From the NCBI GenBank assembly GCA_964016885.1, contig OZ024755.1, positions 11,160,001 through 11,224,000 on the forward strand: DNA of 64,000 nt, given 5' to 3'. The notes under the pieces were generated by a model, which worked only from the letters and a program-made list of their open reading frames with translations, ran no database searches and had not been told where the DNA came from. The position numbers and the translations under genes are program-made. Shown here piece by piece: positions 49,092 to 64,000 of this stretch (position 1 is the first letter of the stretch; every line of letters starts with the position of its first letter). Origin of the DNA: Eledone cirrhosa. Taxonomy: Eukaryota.

Positions 49092-49560
49092 GTTTATACG
49101 ATTATAAGGCTCATATTAACCGAGTGATACATTGTATTGATCATACATTGTGGCTTGAAATACAACATATATGCGTTATAGTGTCTTAAGGCAGAACACA
49201 TTATTATAAGTGGTTCAGTTCTTATAGCTAAATTACGGAAATTAAGTACTAGAAATTCTGAAAAAGCACACTTTCGTTAGACAGATGGTGATGAACATGA
49301 TGATACCGTTCGGTCTTCCATTGATATCGACTATCAACATTCCGTTGATTAATCAACTAATCGTCCTACTAACGAATTAAGGTGTATACTGTTGAATACT
49401 CAGAAATGTGACATATAAAAGTGTGAGTATATAACAAGGTTGGATATTTGAATTACAAGTACAATCCATTCGATGGGCTTCCATAATGCCTTGTGGGTGG
49501 TATGAAGTTGATGCAAACTGCAGTCTCTCTCTCTCTCTCTACCTCTGTGTATATATGTGT

Positions 49561-49650
<90 letters not shown>

Positions 49651-50231
49651 ACGTATATGTATGTATATATATGTATGTGTGTGTGTACGTATATGAATGT
49701 GTGTGAGTGAGCGTAGGAATGTTTGTATACATATGTGTGTGTGTGCGTGTGTGTGTCAGCGTATGTATTCATGTATATATGTGTGCGTGCGCGTGAGTGT
49801 GTGTTTATTCTATGGTCAGTTAGAATTTGCATATTTTACATTAAATATGTATAATGACATTTTCACATTAAATATAATTCTAAATATTCATATTTGTATA
49901 TGTTTCTTTGATGAGGTTCTATTAGATTAAAGCAGCCGATGGATCTAAAATGTTTCTGCACCACAGGATTCTACCATTCTTCTGGTTTTCAAATATAACT
50001 TTACGTGCCAAACTATTAATTGAATAATCTAAGAGATTCCGATATTTCTGCTAACCAATTTTGTTTAAACGCTTGCATTATATTCAATAAATTAGGAAAT
50101 AAATTTATTTTGAAATTGAATGACGCATTGCATATATATATATAGTAATAATGATAAATGTGAAGACTAAAATGCAAAGAAGGCTCGATAAGGATAAATA
50201 TGTATCAAATATATAAGAGCCCTAGAGCAAA

Positions 50232-50383
50232 TATTTATTAAAATAACAGATTCACATTTAAGGAAAGAATCGCTGCTTTCACTCTTAACGGTAGCTTCTG
50301 GAACTAAAACTTTTCAGAAGATCCCGTTAAGGGTGAAAGCAGCGATTCTTTGTTTAAACTTTAATCTGTTATTTTAATAAATA
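50232..50383. repeat. ~150-bp imperfect palindrome / fold-back element
   Basis: TATTTATTAAAATAACAGATT..AAAGAATCGCTGCTTTCAC.CTTAACGG pairs with CCGTTAAGGGTGAAAGCAGCGATTCTTT..AATCTGTTATTTTAATAAATA. Confidence 0.9.
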
Positions 50384-51111
50384 AATAAATATATAGAATA
50401 GTATTTCGCTTCAAGCATAGCTTTATACAAATATGTACAGAAATTTCCTGTTTCTTTAGAAGCCGTAGTTATGCAAACACAGGGTCTAACGCCTCTGCTG
50501 GTGTCCAACAGAAGCAAGGGGGACAAACGTCTATGCATTTCAGGCTTGACTGGCCTTCGTCATGATGGTCCCTCCCAGCGCTTGCGACTGCTGGACTTAT
50601 AGTTTTCTCCTCTGTGTAAATGAGGTAATTAATCTCTTTGGATTCTAATTTCCCATCTTCGAGTTTGCTCGCAACGGTCAACGTTAACTGCCCTCTTTGG
50701 CAAGTCACGTGTCACTACAAGACTATGACTGCTTCACATAGATATGGCAGGGTTTGAACATGGATGTGTCGTGTAGACAAAACTTTTCAGTTCAAGTGTG
50801 TGATTACTTGCTGATGACGTACTACAACGCTCTGTTATGTAATGCCTGCAGATATTGCGTAACTGCTGTGAATACCAGTTGCAGCTTATGAGCAGAGAGT
50901 AGTAAAGAAGCCATCGATAGTCCGGGTTTATGATATACAATCTTCATTAAACTCGTGCCGTGTGCACTGATGTATAGGTTTCTACAAATCATATATCATT
51001 GAGGTGGTTAGTAGCAACCGGAGTTGCACGGATTCTCTTCGGCAAGCTTCGTGAACACACACACATATATATATCTCTATATATATATATAGACACACCA
51101 CACACACACGC

Positions 51112-51143
<32 letters not shown>

Positions 51144-51213
51144 CACACACACACGCATATATATATATATATATGTGTGTGTACATACATACATATCTAG
51201 ACACACCACACAT

Positions 51214-51253
<40 letters not shown>

Positions 51254-51260
51254 CTAGATT

Positions 51261-51291
<31 letters not shown>

Positions 51292-51629
51292 CTAGACACA
51301 CACACACATTTATTTATATATATATATATATATATAAATATATATATAATCAACTTGCTAGATAGATGAAAAGAGATAGAAGATATATATCTCTATTTGG
51401 TTATATGTACGTATTGAAGGAGTGTTTGATTTATTCACATGCAGATAATATCGGACGCCTGCTAACTTGATCACATATTAAACATTTATAAATATGTACA
51501 CCCTCACACTATTCCACTACACCACATTCCTGCAGTAGACCATATCTCTAGATCCAGCCAAACACTTCATCATTGCTAACACATTCACACATCTACATAC
51601 AAACAGACATTTATTTACTCAAAGAAAAG

Positions 51630-51695
<66 letters not shown>

Positions 51696-52157
51696 AGTAT
51701 ATGTATTTATTGAGTACAGATATCTATCCAACAAGTTTTTCCATTCTCCTCTCACCCTGTCTCACTCTACTATATAATATATTATCCAATTTCGTCTCAT
51801 TCTGTAATCTTTTATCGATATCATTGATGTAAATGAGAGAAACCAATATGTCAATCAATCAACTATGATACAGCCTGTCCTCGGCTGGAATATTCTCTCC
51901 TCTAACCATCTTCTCCATCACTCATTGATCCAGCTAAAAAGTCACCGACCACCATCTTAACATGTCTAACCAACCAACCAATCAGATTGTCATCTGAGGT
52001 TATGTCACTTTAATAGATGATATTTCGTCGTTGATTATCGTCCACTGCATTATTATCACAATGTCATTGGATTCTAACTACAAACTAATTACTAACTGAT
52101 TGGCCTCCGTAACTCTCACCCCTTCTCTTTCACTTGGTCTTCCTCTTCCAGTGTGTC

Positions 52158-52550
52158 CATATATGTATATATATATAAATATATATATATACACATACAT
52201 ATACATAGATATATTTAAATATACATACATATACATAAATATACATACATATACATAAATATATATACATATATATAAATATATATACATATATATAAAT
52301 ATATATACATATATATAAATATATATACATATATATAAATATATATACATATATACAAATATATATAAATATATATAAATATATATACATATATATAAAT
52401 ATATATACATATATACAAATATATATAAATATAAATATATATACATATATATAAATATACATATATATATATACATATATATAAATATACATATATATAA
52501 ATATATATACATATATATAAATATAAATATATATAAATATATATACATAT

Positions 52551-52581
<31 letters not shown>

Positions 52582-52962
52582 AATATAAATATATATACAT
52601 ATATATAAATATATATATAAATATAAATATATATACATATAAATATAAATATATATACATAAATATAAATATATATATATAAATATAAATATATATACAT
52701 ATATATAAATATAAATATATATACATAAATATAAATATATATATATATATATAAATATATATATATAAATATAAATATATATATATAAATATAAATACAT
52801 ATATATAAATATAAATACATATATATAAATACATATATATAAATATAAATACATATATATAAATATAAATACATATATATAAATATATATACATATATAT
52901 ACATATAAATATAAATATATATATAAATATATATACATATATATACATATATATACATATAA
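52158..52962. repeat. TA/TAAA compound microsatellite
   Basis: Direct reading. Confidence 0.95.
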
Positions 52963-53329
52963 GGGGAGAATATTCTAACAAAAATACCAACTCAATCGTT
53001 TCTCTAAAAATACCTATCGAAAATCAACCTTAAGTAAGGATCATTATACCATCAGCCCCACCTTCAACAACACCATCAAACTCAACAACATCGCCATCAT
53101 CAGCATCATATTACAATCTCAACCCTCTACAACCTCGGCACTATCATAATAACCAGCTCATATACCACTTTCATCATCGCATCACCATCGTCATCATTAT
53201 CCCCTATAGAATACCGAGGTTAACTTTGCCTTTCACCCTTACGGGGTCGATAAAATAAAGTACCAGTAGTGTACTGGAATTGCTGGCCTTGTGCCAAAAG
53301 TAGAAACAATTATCATCTATAGAATACAT

Positions 53330-54555
53330 ATGAAAGAGAGAGAGCGAAGAGCAGAGACAAACAAGATAAACGCAAATGAACAGAGAAACAGCAAAAGGGT
53401 AGGGGTAAGACAGAGAAAAGAGAAATGGACAGAGAGAAAAGAGACGGGCAGGAGGAGAAATAGAGAGCAAGAGGAAAAGAGAGAGGGAAACAAGAAGAAA
53501 GATAGCTACACAAGGAGAGAGAGAGACAAGAGAGAGAGAGAGAGAGAGAGAGAGACGAGAGAGAGAGAGAGACGAGAGAGAGAGAGAGAGACGAGAGAGA
53601 GGGAGAGAGACGAGAGAGAGAGAGAGAGACGAGAGAGAGAGAGAAGAAGAGAGAGAGAGACAAGAAGAGAGAGAGAGAGACAAGAAGAGAGAGAGAGAGA
53701 CAAGAAGAGAGAGAGAGAGACACACGAGAGAGAGAGAGAGACACACGAGAGAGAGAGAGAGACACACGAGAGAGATAGAGACACACGAGAGAGATAGAGA
53801 CACACGAGAGAGATAGAGACACACGAGAGAGATAGAGACACACGAGAGAGATAGAGACACACGAGAGAGATAGAGACACACGAGAGAGAGAGAGTCACAC
53901 GAGAGAGACACACAAGAAGAAAGAGAGAGACACACAAGAAGAAAGAGAGAGACACACAAGAAGAAAGAGAGAGGGACACAAGAAGAAAGAGAGAGGGACA
54001 CAAGAAGAAAGAGAGAGGGACACAAGAAGAGAGAGGGACACAAGAAGAGAGAGGGACACAAGAAGAAAGAGAGAGGAACACAAGAAGAAAGAGAGAGGGA
54101 CACAAGAAGAAAGAGCGAGAGACACAAGAAAGAGAGAGAGACAAGAAGAAAGAGAGAGAGACACGAAGAAAGAGAGAGAGACAAGAAGAGAGAGACACGA
54201 AGAAAGAGAGAGAGACAAGAAGAGAGAGACACGAAGAAAGAGAGAGAGACAAGAAGAAAGAGAGAGAGACAAGAAGAAGAAAGAGAGAGAGACAAGAAGA
54301 AAGAGAGAGAGACAAGAAAGAGAGAGAGACACGAAGAGAGAGAGACACGAAGAGAGAGAGACAAGAAGAAAGATAGAGAGACACGGGAGAGAGAGAGACA
54401 GGAAGAAAGAGAGAAAGAGATAATAAAGAGGAGAGATACACAGGAAGAGAGAGTGAGAAAGAGGAAGAGAGAGTGAGAAAGAGGGAGAGAGTGAGAAAGA
54501 GGAAGAGAGTGTGAGAAAGACGAACAGAGAGTGAGAAAGACAAAGAAAGAGAGTG
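53330..54555. repeat. GA-rich compound microsatellite with 16-20-bp sub-periods
   Basis: GAGAGATAGAGACACAC and CACAAGAAGAAAGAGAGAGG blocks. Confidence 0.95.
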
Positions 54556-54927
54556 TGGATAGAGCTGTACTAGGCAGGTAAATATTCGGGAAACAATAAA
54601 AGTTACATTTCTGTCAAAGAAGACCAAAAAAGTATTCACAAAAGAGCATTAAAATGTTACCTATTATATGCTGTAACATATTCTATGGGAACTAATGGGA
54701 ACTAATACGTTTCTGCTTTTTTAATTTAAATGTGTCTAACCAGTGTCTATTTCGTTAAAGATTAAATAAGATAACGTTTCTCTGTACTGCATAATATATC
54801 GTATTTACAGCTTTGTTCACCTCGTTAGCTTCTCTCCAACTCATATTCTTCTAGGTTCTTTCCCACTTCATCCCAAGATCTCATAGTTTATGGGTGACAA
54901 TGTTTTACTACGACAAATACCTAAAAG

Positions 54928-60150
<5,223 letters not shown>

Positions 60151-62039
60151 ACACATATGTGTGTATGTGTATCCTGACATGAAATTTATTCATTTTGTTG
60201 CACTCATACGTTTCGTTGATGCTGTCAATGTTATTTTTTTACATTTATTTCCCTTTGATTTATGCACTACAGAAAAATGTTCCTCCTGTCATCATATGAT
60301 CAGTGACCCGGTATTACAGTGAAGTTATTTTCTTAATAGCTTGCCTGCTAAACTAGATTTCACAAGCAATATTGATTGTTCAAAGTAGGTGTTCTTACTT
60401 TTGTTGGTAGATAAGTTAATTACATAACGTGTAATAATAGTAGTACTAGAGAGTACACACACACACATATATATATATATATATGCATATATATATATAT
60501 ATAGTTAAAAGAATAGAGGTGTAACACACAAGTTATTATATATTGGTAAACGGAATAGAAAATGCTGACAAATTGTTCACAGTTGAAAAATGGTTTAATT
60601 AGGAATAAAAGAGTATTAGTGATTGTATGGGTTAGTATTCAGTTGTGGTTTTTAAGTTTAAACCGGTTGCGCATTTCTAAATGCTTTTCAAAAATAATTT
60701 TGAGATAGAGTGTCCGTGCTGTTTGCTCTGATCTGATTAGTTTTGGGAATTCTACCTGTTTTTATGTTAAAAAAGTGGCTCCAATTTGCAAAAATTCTTG
60801 TGGTCAAAACAATTTTGATTGGTCGGTAGAGGTCATGTGAATGTAAAAAATTGATTTTGCGCCAAGACTGTTTTTATGTTAAAATATATTATTATATATA
60901 GGGGGGAGAGGGGTATTCTTTGTCTATTTCGACGGCTGAACCCCGCATACAAACATTTTTCAATACATTATCCTTATATCTTTATATACAATGTTCTCAA
61001 TACTCTCAGGTAGAAGAAAACTAATGTAATAACTATATGTAAAGATACAAACTGCATTAGAAATTCTGCATCTTAATGGAGAAGAATAAATAAATTTTCA
61101 AATCTAAGCTCCCCACTTATGGACACTCTTCCACTGCCCATTGCAGTATATATTTTTATATGTAGACTGTATTGATTTCACCTCCTCTTCCCCACCAAAA
61201 TAGAACATACAAATGTAGAAGTAATCACACACAAGCACTCATTGATACACGAGTATAGATATATGTCCGTGTTCGCGTGTATTCGTATGTGTTTGCATAA
61301 ATACACACACCACACACACAACCGTATGTGTGTAAGCGTGCCCGTATGTTTAAGTGCCTGTGTGTGAGTGTCTGTGTGTAAGTGTGTATGTGTAAGTGTG
61401 TGTGTGTGAGAGCAAGTGTGTGTGTCATAGAAACCTACGCAATGCTGCTGTAAAGATTGATTACAATTAAAGCTGATGTTAATGAGGGCAAGAGGGCAGG
61501 TTTGATTCTATTCAGATTCCAATCGTAATGTTCGTTCCCCATTATATTCTAAAGAGAATGGAATTATGTACTGTCATGTTCCTCAACATGTGCTATCATT
61601 TAGCCGTTTCATACACTGTATCAGGCTAAACTCCACAAGAACTACGTTTATGGTCTAAGTGTCATGGAATTTGCAAGATCGTTCCGTTTATCAAACAATT
61701 GATACACTCGTCGTCGGAATCGACGGAAGTCCAATAAATGTTCTTACAATCATAATATGAAATATATCATATGGTGTGTCGTGTAATATATAATTATCCT
61801 CAATAGTCTGTATTTAGCAAAATGTTTGTAAAATAATACATCCACATAAATAGGGAAGTACTCAAACTAATTATGTTAGACATCATCAAATTATATGATC
61901 TTTGAAAGAACTGAAATTAATATAATTTAGATATTGGCCACGCTTTAGCCTAAAACATTCTTTACAAATTCCCTAAACATTCTTCCATTCACAAGACATA
62001 TATTGATTTTAATTAATTTAGTTTTGTATTGGTATAATT

Positions 62040-62420
62040 AATGTATGGATGCGGAATCTGAACACTCACAACCAAGATAGACTAGACAACAATTCAAAAG
62101 GCTGTTACGCATCTCATACACAGAACTCAAGACAAATAGGTCTGTCCTGCATCACGTCCTTAAATATGCTGACACGAGGAAACAAGTTCTTGCAACAGTG
62201 AAAAGCAGAAAGCACACCTGAAACGGACATGTAACTTGCCATACTTGACTCCCTGTATAAAACCATTGTGCAGGGTACAGTTGAAAGGGGGCGAAGAAGA
62301 GGCAAACAAAGACATTTCTATTTCGTCATCATCAAGAACCGGATAGGTCTCAACATTCCGACCTGTTTGCATATGATGAAGGACACATATGAGCAGTGAT
62401 AGCTAGCTTCCAGAAAGTCC
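62040..62420 (+). mobile_element. Degenerate RTE LINE, 3' remnant
   Basis: Broken frame resembling LATVKSRK..GHVT...KTIVQGTVERGRRRGKQR. Confidence 0.7.
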
Positions 62421-64000
62421 AGAATCACATATCAACGACTTGTTGAACGAGTTATGAGAAGATAATGGCGAGGAGGAAGATGGTGGTGATGGGGTTTAAT
62501 ATAGTTGGCATCAAAAATCTAATTATAAATACATATGCAGTGAGGAGAAAATATTAACTCGAGGATTAATACTATGTTGATCATTTTCACAAATACTGGA
62601 GAACAACACTATATTTCTATCTTATAAGACCTCATCAGTTAAGCAAAGATTCTATTTTAGTAGTTAAGAGAGAATTACAAATTAGATGTTCAATATTGTA
62701 TATGAATTGACCTGAGCAATTAGCATGATTAAAACTTTAAACAATGTACTTATACGCAAAGTATATAAAAAAAAAATTAGACGCGTTAGTGGTATCATAT
62801 TTTATATACTAATCATAAAAAATCTAATTAGAATACTTATTGCAGTAAGGAATAGACAACACTAGGTCAATGAGTAATTAACCTCTGTGATATATTTTTT
62901 GTTATTGCATATACAGTATTGATTATATTGTTTATTTAACTTTGATACGCTATATATAATGTGGTGAACGAGCAGAGTCTTTAGAGCTTCAGATAGAATG
63001 CTTTACAGGATTTAGTGTGGTTATCTGCACTCTGCATTCAAATCCTGCCGAGGCCAATTTGGCCATTTATTCTTTCGAGGTTGAGAGAGGAAGTACCAGC
63101 CCAGTGTTAGGGTTGATTGTCTCTATCTCTCTCAAGAATTCGGTTGTAGTCAAAAGTGGAGAACGATGAGTGCCTCAATGTTGAAAATACCCAAGATAAA
63201 CCATGTGGCGGTGCGTATTTAAAACGTGTTCCCCACTTGAATACTGAAATTTCTCCCAGGTTAAGTATTGTATGTCTAAGTTTTGTACAAACCCTTTCTG
63301 ATGTTCTTCCTCCTGAAGTTGGAAAAATACATAGAATTAGTAGGTTGTCTACATAAAGATTATTGCGGCTTCACTCTAGATAAGTCCAAATTGAATACAA
63401 ATTATCAAAGGTATTGCAAGAGTTGCTATCTCGTCTTTTTTATTTAGGCAATTGTCTACGCTATTTAATGTGATTTCCTTTAAAACAAACCATTGGGAAT
63501 GATTTGGGAGATCTTTGATTGCCATTTCTAACAAATCAAATGACTTTAGAAAGAATTCCTGATTGGTTCATGTACTTTGACAAGATCGGTATTGGAAAGG
63601 AAGCTGTCGCCATATACCTTTGAAAGTATGCAGTTTCAATATTGATTGAGATCAGAGATACTAACTTAATGTTAATTTCAAACTAATGTAAAACTCTGAG
63701 TTTACCTTTGCACATTATTGTCGTTTCATAGGTGATAATGTCATTTTAGAATAACATAAATAACAACAGTGGTTGTTTGATTGTGACACACTGGAAAGAA
63801 CTTCCTACATTCAATTCAAATCAAAATTGGTAGTTTTCTAGTTAATGTCATTTCAGGCTGTCACGAGAGTATTTTTTTCTCTTTCTCATAAGTTTCATTC
63901 TTCAGGTCTTTCTTCTCCTCTACCCATTCTCCTTATTTTCCTTCTCTCTCCCTTTCATGATGATTATTGTTCTTATTCTTACCATCCAACATAAGCTTTT

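Noticed and set aside
50460-50990. Unique, GC-balanced block with short ORFs
   Set aside because: No recognisable domain or consistent splice structure; possibly an old transposon remnant.

Overview
AT-rich, microsatellite-dense animal genomic DNA. The SINE and simple-repeat landscape suggests an octopod cephalopod (inference, not a database result). Layout: 1-7.6 kb is a ~0.9-kb macrosatellite (8 direct copies plus one inverted copy) with a near-invariant ~70-nt hairpin core. 8265-24695 (+) is a complete 20-exon INTS7 gene (Integrator subunit 7, ~971 aa) with one U12-type minor intron. The rest has no confident genes: RTE LINE fragments, a 5'-truncated R4/Dong-like non-LTR element, a bipartite RTE-derived element embedded in multi-kb TA/CA microsatellites, tRNA-derived SINEs, piggyBac/hAT MITEs, minisatellites and a 200-N gap. 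The most notable non-obvious signal is a set of short fold-back elements carrying complete or split hammerhead-ribozyme motifs, including a near-canonical one in INTS7 intron 1. Most ORF-track entries are microsatellite artefacts.
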